DNA of 64,000 bases from Candidatus Methanomethylophilaceae archaeon (GTDB lineage: Archaea; Thermoplasmatota; Thermoplasmata; Methanomassiliicoccales; Methanomethylophilaceae): positions 224,001-288,000 of the forward strand of contig CALUHR010000005.1 of the NCBI GenBank assembly GCA_944320495.1. The letters run 5' to 3'. A program made the position numbers and the translations under genes. Within the stretch, counting starts at the first letter, position 1. Every line of letters starts with the position of its first letter. Positions 11,204 to 21,717 of the stretch are shown here, in pieces. The notes below the pieces were generated by a model. The model searched no databases. It was given only the letters and a program-made list of their open reading frames with translations, and was not told where the DNA came from.

Positions 11204-13501
11204 TCGCACCTTCCCGCCGTAGCTGGCGATCGTCGACTCCCTGCACTCCTTCTCAGCCAGCCTCATGCGGTTGCCCATGTAGCGCCAGTCAGGCACCCCG
11301 TCCCCGGCTGGCAGCGTCAGCCTCAGGTTCAGGAGATCGGAGGCGTTGTCGATGAGGATGTCCTCCCCTCCGATCAGTTTCTTCGCCATGGCGCAGACGA
11401 TGTACTGCTGGACGCTCCTCGGCATCTTCCTCCTGGTGCGGAGGACGATCACCTGCCCGGACGTCTTGAACGGCACCGGCTGGTATGTGACGGCCACGAC
11501 GCGGCGGCCCCTCAGGGAGACGGCGATGCACTCGCCCTTGTGGACATCCCCGTCCGCCGGTGCGAACTTGCCCCACCCGTTGTTGCCCTTCTTCGCGATG
11601 ACCGTCGGGACGGTTCCGGAGACCTTCGGCGGCTTGGCGGAATCCTCCTCGAGGAACCCGTTCGCCTTGTAGTTCGCCGTCTTTATCGTCCTGACCTTGA
11701 ACGACTTCGCCGGTTCGGCGGGGCCGTCGTTGACGACCTCCATTCCGTTGCGTCTCTGTTCGGCGACGAAGTCCAGCCAATCTCTCATGTAAGCCGTTAT
11801 GTCGTCGCCATTCACCCTCGCCCCTTTCTCCGATGGGTTCACCCACCATTCGTCGGGGGCGACATCGACTACCCTGAACAGATTGGATGGCCTATTGTCG
11901 CGAAGTATGTCGATGATGTCGAAAACATCATCAGTCCCCGACGGCGATGCAATCCTGGTAGCGGTCTTGTCGTGCGGTTTCCCCGCCGAGAGATAGACGA
12001 TGCAATGGCGGTCGTCCAGGCGGATCGTGCTCACGAGCCTGTTGTGATCGAGGATGCTGGAGCGGAGTACCCTGCAGCCCTTGGCGTCACCGGACACGGC
12101 CTTCATGGGCACTATTGCGAACACCGTCCCCTCGATGCGTACGGTGTTCAGCATACTGTTGAGCAGAGAAAGAACATCTGAGGGGGACAGATCGCGTTCC
12201 GAGATGTCCGTGACGATATGGTCGGGCCTCTTGTTCCCCGTCGGGAGTTTGTCATCGGGAAATCTGCGGGGGACCACATTGATCCTCCTGGCACCCGATA
12301 GGATGACGTTGAAGATCGCCGTGGTGTACCTCCACGGATCGGACTCCATCCCGTAGATTCCTTTGTTGACCATCTTGTCGGAGCCGCTCCTGCTCTCCGC
12401 CTTGGCACCCACCCTGTAGGAGACCGCCTTGATGAACGCCCCGTCACCGCAGAACGGATCCAGGATGACCTGCCCCGTCACCGGGTTCAGGGTGGACACC
12501 ATCGCCTGCCCGTAGAGTCCCAGGTCGGGTTTCTGACGCTTCTGATCCAGATTGTGTTCCTGGCACTCGGTGAACACGGAATACAGCTGCCCCATCTGCT
12601 CCATGTCCATCTTGTGGATGTACCTGCGCGTCTCTATCGCCAGTCTTCTTATGGGACTTTGGCCGTCTTCGCCCCTTTTGTTCAACCGACCCTCCTTGGT
12701 GAGGGTGTCCAGGATGTCATAGAACACATCCTCCGCTGACCCATCGGTTCCGGGGAAGACTATGCCGAGCTTCCGCAGTGTCGCCTCGGTGTGATCCTTG
12801 AGAATCTTACAGTCGGTGTTGTACGGATCGCCCTTGAGATCGAACTCGCTGTAGGTCTTGTCCAACTTGGCCAGCAGCATCAGGCCCATGAGGACATTCC
12901 GTTCCTCTCTGGACCGCGTCACCTTGTCGAACTTTGTGCGAAGGTCCCTGCAGATCTTGGCAAGTTCCTTGGGATTGTCACTCAGCCCCCTGTATTTCAA
13001 CCCCAGACCGACCGAGATGTAGTCTCTGGCATCGGATTCCGAGAACGCCGTGAAATCCCTGACGGTCCTCTGGGGATCATAGAGGCACGTGTACCCGTCA
13101 GTGTCCAGCTGGCAGATGTACGGCTGGATGTTGAGGACACCTTTCTTCGCGGTGCAGCCGACGGCGATCGCTTGCTTGAACCGCCCGTGTCTCATCACCT
13201 CGCCCGCATAGAAGACGGCCCCGTTGTCCGCATACTTGGCGATTGTCTCGAAATCCATACGGAGATGGTCCGTCTCGTCGACGGAGCGTTGGTAACGCGG
13301 ATCGGCCTTCACCTCCACGATTATCGGAATCCCGTCCGACATGACGACGATGTCTGGGATGCCCTGATGCCCCGACCCCCTCTTGGAGGCCTTCGATAAC
13401 GCCTGGGCGATGCGCTTGTCCTTCGTACCTTCGAACTCCGGCTTCAATCCCGCCTTCTTCATGAGTTCGCCGATCTTGTATGTGACATCGCGCTCGCTCA
13501 A
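11204..13501 (-). CDS. BcgI-like (type IIB) nuclease-methylase-specificity fusion with degenerate MTase motif (ends at CGA; standard-code end 10604)
   Basis: GIPDIVV...IVEVK nuclease motif, KYADNGAVFYA, and motif I ILDPFCGDG. No NPPY: HIVTDISE sits at that position. C-terminal S-subunit-like region (KGNNG...TYQP...PDWRYM). Confidence 0.75.
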
Positions 13502-13787
13502 GGACCACCACGGACCCGATTGATTAGGAGTGCGCGCTTAATTGTTTCGACCTTTTCAAGGCCAGCATCGGCTCGGGTCGGACTCGTACCCCTTCTCCAG
13601 GACGGAGCCTCTCCCGATCTATCTGGCGGAGGGCAGACACAAATTCCACGTCTTCATGAACGGGAAGGAGATCGCCTACACAGACACGGAGATCTACGGC
13701 GACAATGAACTGGTCGTCTGGCAGGAGGGCATCACCGCTCAGACGAGATGCAAATTCTATGAAGGCGGATGGTGAGGGGCAACCCCC

Positions 13788-14168
13788 TCATCCCTCAACC
13801 AGGGTGATAAGGTCGTAATCCCTCTCGCCGCCGTTCTCCCAATCCGCCCTTTCGTAGTCCCTCATGACACTGCGGGAGAATGTCTTGTAGAGATTCAGCT
13901 CGTCTCCCGGCGTCCCCACCCTCATGCCCAGTTCGTCACAGCGGAGCCATATCATCGCACCCGTGGAATCGTACTCGGCCTGAACGGTGATGGGTCTCGA
14001 AAGCCTGATCGTCCTCGCGCCGTATCTGAGGGTGTCGATCTCGAACGGCTGTCCCGTGTATGCGGAGTTGCGTATGGCCCTCTCGATCCTTTTCAGTTCG
14101 GTTCCGCGGGACATGGGCTTGGTCGGACGGTTGGAGTACCTGGGCTTGGGACTCTTGCGGCGCATCAT
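13788..14168 (-). CDS. HicB-like protein
   Basis: Paralog of 15117-15500 (FEIDTLRYG vs FELHTLRYG; PITV...DELG). Confidence 0.55.
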   Translation of the reverse strand: MMRRKSPKPRYSNRPTKPMSRGTELKRIERAIRNSAYTGQPFEIDTLRYGARTIRLSRPITVQAEYDSTGAMIWLRCDELGMRVGTPGDELNLYKTFSRSVMRDYERADWENGGERDYDLITLVEG

Positions 14169-14790
14169 AACCGTGAATCGCTCTGGGGGTTCTTACGGTC
14201 TTGCGTTTTAATGGATCGAGGGCATCCGAAGATTGTGACCCGACATGTAGGGGCATTCATCATCTGTAGGTACGGGGCGAGAATATGGCTCTGTTGGGGC
14301 TGGATTCGGATGGAGACGTCTCGGAAGTGATCCAATGTCCTCCCGTATGACATGGTTTGTCCGAAGATTCCAGAAAAACCATCAGAGACCGACTCAGCTG
14401 TCAAAGGACCAGCTCGTCTTGTGCTTGTCTTTGAGATATAGATGGGCGCGATCGGGATACAACAGGGGATAGGTGCAGCGGTCGCATCTCCCATCCGGAC
14501 ATGGGTATTCCACTATCGCGCATTCGCCGTTCCGCTAATTCCTGAATGCGTCTCTGACATCCGTCATGGTATCGTTCCGTATGAATTCAAAGACTTAATC
14601 CTTCAATGAAGAGTCTCAGAGGGACGGGCTGGGGTCACCCTCAACGGGCAGCCCCGGGAGGCACTCGGTCGAGCTCTTCATGAACGGCAAATCCGTTGAT
14701 AGGAGCATAAGCAATCTGAAGGAGGATGTCGCACTTGTCGTGAGCTCGGGGCTCACGGGCAAGGTGGACTGCGACATCGTTTCTCTGGAT

Positions 14791-15120
14791 TCACTGTGAA
14801 CGCCTTCTGCGGGAGCGGATGCTGAGCAATCCCCGCTCCCTCAGACTGTCGCGGTACTGCTCCTCCGAATAGGTGCAGTCGAGATAGTCGTTGAATTTGC
14901 GCTTATCCTCGAATTTCATCTGTTTTTTCATTTTGCCGAGATTGTCGTCCGAGATCTCTTTGCCGTGACCCCCGTTGCTGTAGAAGGTGCGGATCGGCTG
15001 TTTGCCGAGAGGTACTCCGGTGAGTTCGAACCATGTGTGGCCACGTTTCACACCCTTCTCTTTGTACCCCTTCTTGAGAAGGGCATCCCTCACATCATCG
15101 CTCTTCCTGGGCATGATCAT
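14791..15120 (-). CDS. HicA-like toxin
   Basis: LLKKGY...GH.WF...HG.EI...DCTYSEEQY pattern, coupled by ATGA to the upstream HicB-like gene. Confidence 0.6.
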   Translation of the reverse strand: MIMPRKSDDVRDALLKKGYKEKGVKRGHTWFELTGVPLGKQPIRTFYSNGGHGKEISDDNLGKMKKQMKFEDKRKFNDYLDCTYSEEQYRDSLRERGLLSIRSRRRRSQ

Positions 15121-15500
15121 CCCTCCACATGGAGTCTGATGGCCCTGGCCTGACGATCGTTCTCCTGTCCGAACAGTTCGTAGGCACCGATGAAGGCACC
15201 GGAGAAGTCCTTGTACGCCTCCCTCATGTTCGGTCCGAACCCCCAGATCTCGAGCTCGTCGCTGCCGATTCCGCACCCCTCCTCGGATAACGATGTCGTT
15301 ACGGTGATCGGCACCTTGAGTGCCATCTTCTTCAAACCGTAACGCAGGGTGTGGAGTTCGAAATCGCCGCCCCCGTTGAGTTCTATGAGACGGCTCTCAC
15401 GCTCGATGCGCTCGATCTCATCGCGGTAGGACAGGTATTTCTTGGCCCTTGCTGGTTTCCTCACATAGATATTGGAGGGACTGTTGCTTCTGATGGCCAT
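15117..15500 (-). CDS. HicB-like antitoxin
   Basis: ELEIWGFGPNMREAYKDF HicB-like motif. Start taken at ATG 15500, although the ORF is open to 15938. Confidence 0.55.
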   Translation of the reverse strand: MAIRSNSPSNIYVRKPARAKKYLSYRDEIERIERESRLIELNGGGDFELHTLRYGLKKMALKVPITVTTSLSEEGCGIGSDELEIWGFGPNMREAYKDFSGAFIGAYELFGQENDRQARAIRLHVEG

Positions 15501-15934
15501 GTATTGTACTGTCCCCGATCCGTATTTATGGTCTTTGCAAACCTGCTCACCGATTGTGACCGGATAATGCGGTCCCGACAGAGGGACGGGCAGGGGATAC
15601 CCTTCACGGACAGCCCCGGGATGGAAGACGGAGATGCCCGTCCCGAACCCGCATCCCGTTCCCGCGTATTTCTCGGATTCGACCCGCGCGGTCGGCTCCC
15701 TTATAATCCCATGGGAGGATTCGTACATGACCCCCACCGTCCGGGACCCGGCGTGGGGGGGGGGGGGATTCGAATAAAGTGTCTCAGGGAATGTCTGGCC
15801 GTCGCGGTGGCCGTCCTCGTGTGGTTCGATAGGCGCTGAGAAACACATCAAGCGGGGCGGGCCCAGTACTCGGATGCAATGAGACCGGTTCAAGGGGTTT
15901 ACCCGCCCCGCATCTTCCATTCTTGATCCGTATT

Positions 15935-16225
15935 TCAATCCGACGACCCTTCGGCGCAGGTGTCCGCGATCAGCCCGAACAGCGTCGCGGCCCTCTCGCC
16001 CTTGGGCGTCAGATACAGGTACATCGTGTTGTGCTGGCGGGACGCATCATCCACGCGGATGAACCCCTCGTCTATCAGCTTCCCCAGGAGTATGAACTTC
16101 GTCCTGACGCTCCCTGCGTCGTGGTTCGTCACGTCGCTCTTCGACATGCCCGGGTTCTCCTTCAGGAGCATCAGCACGTAGGGGGCGAACTTCGATGTCA
16201 GCACTTCCGGGATGTCCTTGGCCAT
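15935..16225 (-). CDS. Winged-helix transcription regulator
   Basis: wHTH with wing motif MYLYLTPKG; paralog of the N-terminus of 16413-16946. Confidence 0.75.
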   Translation of the reverse strand: MAKDIPEVLTSKFAPYVLMLLKENPGMSKSDVTNHDAGSVRTKFILLGKLIDEGFIRVDDASRQHNTMYLYLTPKGERAATLFGLIADTCAEGSSD

Positions 16226-16303
16226 CTCTCTGAATCTCCTTTGCAGTTTGTATCCAAACTGCCATTCTGATTATTTAGATGTTGGCACCGAGAACGAAAT
16301 GAG

Positions 16304-16376
16304 CGCCCTGGCTGGGATTTGAACCCAAGTCGGAGCCTCGACAGGGCTCCATGATAGGCCGCTACACTACCAGGGC
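16304..16376 (-). tRNA. trnD: tRNA-Asp (GUC)
   Basis: Minus strand GCCCTGGTAGTGTAGCGGCCTATCATGGAGCCCTGTCGAGGCTCCGACTTGGGTTCAAATCCCAGCCAGGGCG folds as a cloverleaf with anticodon GTC. A TATA-like CTTATAT lies about 30 nt upstream. Confidence 0.95.
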
Positions 16377-16412
16377 AGTGTAACCGCCTATCATGGCCCG
16401 ATATAAGAGGTT

Positions 16413-16946
16413 TCAGCCGTCGATGTGTTCCGCGAGGATCGAACCGCCCTTCTCCCCGCGGTAGTACGCGGCGATGGCCTTCCCGGAGAAGTCCCTGAGG
16501 GCCTCCTCGGGCGTCTCCCCCGTACCGCGGATGCTCATGTCCAGGCTCCTGATGAGACGCCCGCCGTTCGAGATCACCACGCGGATCGGCCTGTCCAGCT
16601 TCAGCGTGGCCCTCCCGTCCGACAGCTCGGAGATCTCCATCCCGACGCCGTCCCTCTCCGGATCGAGCGTGAGGAACCTCTCGGCCATCCTCATCGCAAG
16701 GTCGGCTATGTCCTCGCCCTTGGGCGTGAGGGAGATCACCTTTGCGTTGTTCGTCCCCGTCTCCCTGTAGTCGATCAGCCCCGTCTCGATGGCGTCCTGG
16801 ATCCTCATGAACTTGGTCTTCTCGTTGCCCTCGTCCAGCGTCATGAGCTCCGTCTTGGTCATCTCGCCGTGCAGCCTGAGGGCCACCAGGACGTACATCG
16901 CGTACTTCCTCTCGAAATACTCGGGAACCTTCGTCATGTCCACCAT
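16413..16946 (-). CDS. wHTH regulator fused to a HicB-like domain
   Basis: N-terminal wHTH (VISLTPKGE) and C-terminal LDRPIRV...GTGETPEEALRDF. Confidence 0.7.
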   Translation of the reverse strand: MVDMTKVPEYFERKYAMYVLVALRLHGEMTKTELMTLDEGNEKTKFMRIQDAIETGLIDYRETGTNNAKVISLTPKGEDIADLAMRMAERFLTLDPERDGVGMEISELSDGRATLKLDRPIRVVISNGGRLIRSLDMSIRGTGETPEEALRDFSGKAIAAYYRGEKGGSILAEHIDG

Positions 16947-17614
16947 TGTATCACCATTCCGTTTGGTCTTGTAGTGTTTACAAGACCATGCGCGACCGGG
17001 TATTTGATACGTCCGATGGCGGCCCTGTCATGCGATCCGACACCCATTGTTGAACGATTATCCTAGAGACTTCGGACGCACTGGCACATTGCGGACACCC
17101 TTTCCGAACAGTGAGCCGATTGCTAAAGCTTAAGACCTTAATCGTACATCATGAGAATCCCGGGGTACGGGAACTCGAAAACCTTAGCCCCCGGGAGGAG
17201 GTGGGAATCTGCACCTCTGCGAGGTGCACAGCGATTTCGTCGTGCACATCGAGATCTCCGAGGACGGGGATGTCGATGTGTATGTCCTCCCGTCATAAGG
17301 AGGGACGAAGGCCAGACACCTCTCTGGAAAGGGAAATGCCTGGCAGATATATAAGGTCGAAGAACGGAAGGAACAAGTGAGGTGACAGGACGGTGAAACC
17401 GTCCACAAACGACGCCCGATACGTGCACGGGCGTCATTGAAAGGTCTGCCGCGGGGAAATATGGGCATCCTCAGGTCAGGGAATCCGCGGCAGGAGGTGA
17501 GTAACCAAGATGCGGGCGGTGTAACTGCAAGGGACCCGCGTCACGGCACGATTCTCAGAACGGCATCCCGTTATTTCTAGGTCGGCACTTCGTATGTGCC
17601 AGCATCCCGATTCA

Positions 17615-17637
17615 TTCTTAAACGGTTCCCATCACAT
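17615..17637 (+). promoter_or_regulatory. Element promoter-like motif copy 3
   Basis: TTCTTAAACGGTTCCCATCACAT upstream of ATG 17771. Confidence 0.55.
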
Positions 17638-17770
17638 TGTTCCAGCCCCCGTAACCCGTTGAAGACTGCCCTTCCGAGATTCGAACGTCCGCATGCGCGG
17701 GCACTGCCCCGGGAGGCGGGAAGTGCGCGAACCTCCGAATCCCCCTTCCGGGGCTTTCGGAGATGAAAGC

Positions 17771-20700
17771 ATGAAAGATACAGCAAGATTGGCCGTGATG
17801 GCGCTCGTTATAGTATGCGCCATGGCGGCGGCGACCGTGTCCTTCCAGGGCGCTGACGCCGACACCGCGGCCGATACGGGATCGACGGGTGCCGAGGACT
17901 TTCTGGCACTCGCCGACGGGGGCAGTATCGTTCTGGACAAGGATTACGTCCTGACCACTGCCCTCGTCATAACCGGGGAGATCGAGATCGATATCGCCGG
18001 ACATCAGATTTCCAACGGCACATCCGCACACACGATTGAGGTCGCCGAGGGAGGCAACCTCACCGTAACCGACTCCGTCGGGGGCGGATCCGTCACCAAC
18101 ACCTCCAACGCCAAGGCCGCCGTCTACAACGCCGGGACCGCTGTCCTGAATGGCGGAACCTTCACCCGTGCCTCCGGCACCGAGTACTACGTCATCCAGA
18201 ACGAGGGGACGATGACCATCGGCGACGGCGTCTCCGTCGTCAGAGACACCGAGACCCAGACATCCTCCCTCGTGGCCAACGCCGCGAAGGGACCCGCCAC
18301 CATGACGATCACCGGAGGAACCTTCACCTGCGGACCCTTCATCGCCGTCATCAACCACGGCGACGGTATCCTGAGCATCAGCGGAGGAACCTTCAGTCCG
18401 TCCGATGCCAAGCAGAGCTCCGTCCAGAACTGGGGCAGGGCCACGATCTCCGGCGGTACCTTCACCGCGGGAGTCTACAGCCTGTCCGACGATGAGAACG
18501 CCTCCGAACTCACCATCACCGACGGAACCTTCTCCAACAACGTCCGGGCGCAGAACTACGTCGAGAACTACATGTCTGGCGACGAGCCCGCGTCCAATGT
18601 CGCCAAGGTCACCATCACCGGCGGTACCTTCAACTGCATCAAGGGCTACGTCGGTTCGTACATCGGCGGCGGGAAGACGAGTCCCATGGGAACCACCGAC
18701 CCGTCCGTCGCCATCCTCTCGATCTCCGGCGGGGACTTCAAGGCCAACGTGTCCCAGTTCCTCGCCGACGACGCCACCATGCTGTACACCAACAGCCGCT
18801 ACGTCGTCACCGAGGACGTTTCCTCCGCCGTCGCCAAGGCCGGCGGACTGTACTTCCTCACCCTGAGCGACGCCCTCACCAAGGCCGAGGCGGGATCGGA
18901 CATCGTCCTCCTGGCCGACTGCGAGGTCTCCTCCTCGATCACTGTGAAGGCCCACATGGACATCGACCTCGCCGGCCACGCCGTCGTCGGAGAGCTGTCC
19001 ACCAGGCTCATCAACACGTTCAACAAGACCGTGACCGTCACCGATTCCGTCGGCGGCGGTTGCATCCTCAACTACGGCACCGGGGCGTCCATCGAGTCCA
19101 CTGATGACGAGCCCGCCCTCACCATCGAGGCGGGGATCTACTCCTCCGATGTCAGCACCTACGTCGCCGAAGGCAAGGACGCCTACGAGTACGGAGGATT
19201 CTACGTCGTCTCCATCGCCGACGCTTCCGACGCTGAGATCGTCATCAACGGGGTGCCCTTCGCCACCATCGAAGACTCTCTCGACCTCATCAACGCCGGG
19301 GCCGAGAGCGCCACCTTCAACGGCACCACCCTCACCCTCCTCAGGGACTTCGACGATTCCGCGTACAGCATCACCCTGAACACGGACATTGTCATCGACG
19401 GAAAGGGCCACACCCTCAAGGGAATCATCACTCTCGATGCCGACGGCGACGGCGGAGTCTACTCCGTGACCGTCCGCGACCTCGTGATGGACGGCGACGG
19501 CACCCTCTCCTGGGCCTTCGTCGGGCAGAACCAGGGCGACGGCGTCCGCCCCGTGGAGCTCACCCTCGAGGACGTCTCCATATCCAACTACGTGAAGAAG
19601 GGCGTCTACCTCACCAACGTCGTAAGGCTGGACGTCTCCGGATGCTCCTTCAACGACAACGCCACCGCCGAGCAGACCTCCACCGTCGGCGACTACGCCT
19701 TCGATCTGAACCTCTGCGGCGTCACCGACGTCGAGATCAGCATCGTCGGGACCTACTTCGGCGGCGAGTCCGGCGGCAACGGACCCATCAAGATCACCCA
19801 GCGCGGGGGAGTCGGCCTCACCGACGACACCGCGTCCGACATCACATCCACCAAGTCTGCCACCATCCGCACCGTCACCATCGAGGACTGCGTCTTCGAC
19901 GTCACCGGCTCCAAGGTCGGCGACATCATCGTCGGATCCTCCCCGAACGCCGACGGCACCTGCAGGACCTACTGCCAGTCCTACGACCTCTACATCGAGG
20001 GGACCGCCGCAACCGTCGCCTACCGCGGAGCCGTCGTCGACGGCGACGAGCAGTACCTCAGGATCGTCCTCGATTCCACCGACGCCTTCGACGCCGACGG
20101 TGTCGACGGCGGAATCTCCATGCTCGTCAAGGGCGACGTCGAGATGTACGGCACCATCAGGACGTCCGTCGAGGTCGTCTCCCTCTATTCCGTCACCATC
20201 CCCGAATCCGAGAGCCTCACCGGCACCGTCATGTTCGGCTCCGACGCCGCCAACGGCGCGAACCTGAACGCCGTCACCGGCGGACAGGGCGGACTCGTCA
20301 TGTCCCTCGGATCCGTCGTCCTCTCCGGCAACGCCGAGAGCGGTTCGATCTCCATCGTCGGACACGGCCTGGCCGTCGGCAGGATGGAGCTCGGCTCCGC
20401 ATCCCTCAGCATCCCCGAGGGATCCTCCTTCTCCGTCGGAAGGGACGCCGCCCTCTACGGCTCCGGCAGCGTCGCCGTGGCCGGCGAGATGAATGTCTAC
20501 GGCGTCGTGGACATGTACGCGGTCACCAACACCGGCTCCATCGTCCTCTACGAGGACGGCGACATCGTCCCCGACGTCGTCGGCGAGGAGCCCGTCAAGG
20601 GCGACGCCGCCAAGCTGATCATCTACCAGATCTCCACCCTCCACGCCGACGTCGGCGAGATATTCCGCGTCGCCGTGGCCGTCTCCGACCCCGACGCGAA

Positions 20701-20956
20701 GGTCACCGCCACCGGCGCGGACTGGCTCCAGTCCGTGGACGGCAGGGTGATCTCCGGGACCCCCGACAAGGTGGGCACCTACACCATAACCGTGACGGCC
20801 GAGTCCGAGGGCATCACCACCCAGATGTCCTTCGACGTCGTCGTCGGCGAACCCGCCGACGAGGACGACGGCGACGGATTCGACTGGCGCATCGTCGTGC
20901 TCGTGATCATCGGCATCATCGCCGTCATCCTCATCCTGAGGGCCATCCTGGGGTGA
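17771..20956 (+). CDS. Large adhesin-like protein with beta-helix-type repeats
   Basis: Signal peptide, repeated TITGGTF units, Asp/Thr/Gly-rich body and a C-terminal TM anchor. Confidence 0.85.
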   Translation: MKDTARLAVMALVIVCAMAAATVSFQGADADTAADTGSTGAEDFLALADGGSIVLDKDYVLTTALVITGEIEIDIAGHQISNGTSAHTIEVAEGGNLTVTDSVGGGSVTNTSNAKAAVYNAGTAVLNGGTFTRASGTEYYVIQNEGTMTIGDGVSVVRDTETQTSSLVANAAKGPATMTITGGTFTCGPFIAVINHGDGILSISGGTFSPSDAKQSSVQNWGRATISGGTFTAGVYSLSDDENASELTITDGTFSNNVRAQNYVENYMSGDEPASNVAKVTITGGTFNCIKGYVGSYIGGGKTSPMGTTDPSVAILSISGGDFKANVSQFLADDATMLYTNSRYVVTEDVSSAVAKAGGLYFLTLSDALTKAEAGSDIVLLADCEVSSSITVKAHMDIDLAGHAVVGELSTRLINTFNKTVTVTDSVGGGCILNYGTGASIESTDDEPALTIEAGIYSSDVSTYVAEGKDAYEYGGFYVVSIADASDAEIVINGVPFATIEDSLDLINAGAESATFNGTTLTLLRDFDDSAYSITLNTDIVIDGKGHTLKGIITLDADGDGGVYSVTVRDLVMDGDGTLSWAFVGQNQGDGVRPVELTLEDVSISNYVKKGVYLTNVVRLDVSGCSFNDNATAEQTSTVGDYAFDLNLCGVTDVEISIVGTYFGGESGGNGPIKITQRGGVGLTDDTASDITSTKSATIRTVTIEDCVFDVTGSKVGDIIVGSSPNADGTCRTYCQSYDLYIEGTAATVAYRGAVVDGDEQYLRIVLDSTDAFDADGVDGGISMLVKGDVEMYGTIRTSVEVVSLYSVTIPESESLTGTVMFGSDAANGANLNAVTGGQGGLVMSLGSVVLSGNAESGSISIVGHGLAVGRMELGSASLSIPEGSSFSVGRDAALYGSGSVAVAGEMNVYGVVDMYAVTNTGSIVLYEDGDIVPDVVGEEPVKGDAAKLIIYQISTLHADVGEIFRVAVAVSDPDAKVTATGADWLQSVDGRVISGTPDKVGTYTITVTAESEGITTQMSFDVVVGEPADEDDGDGFDWRIVVLVIIGIIAVILILRAILG

Positions 20957-20990
20957 GACGACGGGCATCGCCGCCGCATCGCTGGCCCTG

Positions 20991-21278
20991 GTGATCCTCC
21001 TCATGCTCAGCTACGTGGGGGCGTGGAACCACCACGTCCCCATGCTCCTGGCATGCCTCATCGGTGCGATCGCCGTCTCGGTCTTCTGCGACACCGCCCT
21101 GACCCCGCTCTTCGAGCGCTCCGGGGCCGTGGGCATGGAGCGCTTCCTCGAGGTGGGCCCCGCGTTCATCCTCGGGGCGTCCGTGGTCGTGTGCTACTGG
21201 TACGCCTGGAAGCGGATGATCCTGCACGTCATGGTGTGCGTCCTGCTCGCGGCGGCGACGATAGTCCTCGGATGGTGA
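20991..21278 (+). CDS. Small multi-pass membrane protein
   Basis: Almost entirely hydrophobic and co-oriented with the adhesin. Confidence 0.6.
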   Translation: MILLMLSYVGAWNHHVPMLLACLIGAIAVSVFCDTALTPLFERSGAVGMERFLEVGPAFILGASVVVCYWYAWKRMILHVMVCVLLAAATIVLGW

Positions 21279-21282
21279 ACCG

Positions 21283-21630
21283 ATGGGAAAGGCACTGCTG
21301 ATCGGCGTCGTCATACTGGCCGTGGCCGTGGCGGGCGTGATAATCTACGATCACGAGTCCCGCGTGGAATACTCGATAGAACCCGCCCTGGACACGGCGG
21401 TGTTGGACACCGTGACGTTCACGGTGTCGGCGCATCTGGACGATGCGGCCACCGTGGTCCTGAAGGTCGACGGCAAGCAGCTCTCCTCCCTCGGGGCGTC
21501 CGAATGGACGGCCCCCAAGGGAGACTGGGAGAAGCTGTTCGTCGTGACGATACCGGACGGGCTGACCTTCGACGGCTTCTTCGATCGCCTTGTCATCGAG
21601 TTCGACGGCAGGGCGGGGAGGCTCGTCTGA
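21283..21630 (+). CDS. Small exported beta-rich protein
   Basis: N-terminal TM/signal segment and an Ig-like body. Confidence 0.65.
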   Translation: MGKALLIGVVILAVAVAGVIIYDHESRVEYSIEPALDTAVLDTVTFTVSAHLDDAATVVLKVDGKQLSSLGASEWTAPKGDWEKLFVVTIPDGLTFDGFFDRLVIEFDGRAGRLV

Positions 21631-21717
21631 TAACGACTGCCCCTCCCTTCGGGGAGGGGCGAAAACCCCAACCCGCGAGGTTTCTGATATGTTCGATGTT
21701 CTCGGGAGGTCCCGCCG

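Noticed and set aside
13542-14799. Short beta-rich fragments sharing 'FMNGK' (13542-13775 and about 14620-14799)
   Set aside because: No clear start or RBS, so probably remnants. Too little evidence to call as genes.
16304-16376. tRNA-Asp as the integration site of a nested element
   Set aside because: I found no duplicate of its 3' end and no second integrase in the window, and the same promoter-like motif occurs on both sides.
17618-21004. 1128-aa minus-strand ORF and other long antisense ORFs (654-1913, 2977-4329, 25497-27062, 53103-54305, 59221-60444)
   Set aside because: These are shadow frames of GC-rich genes. Codon bias and motifs support the opposite strand.
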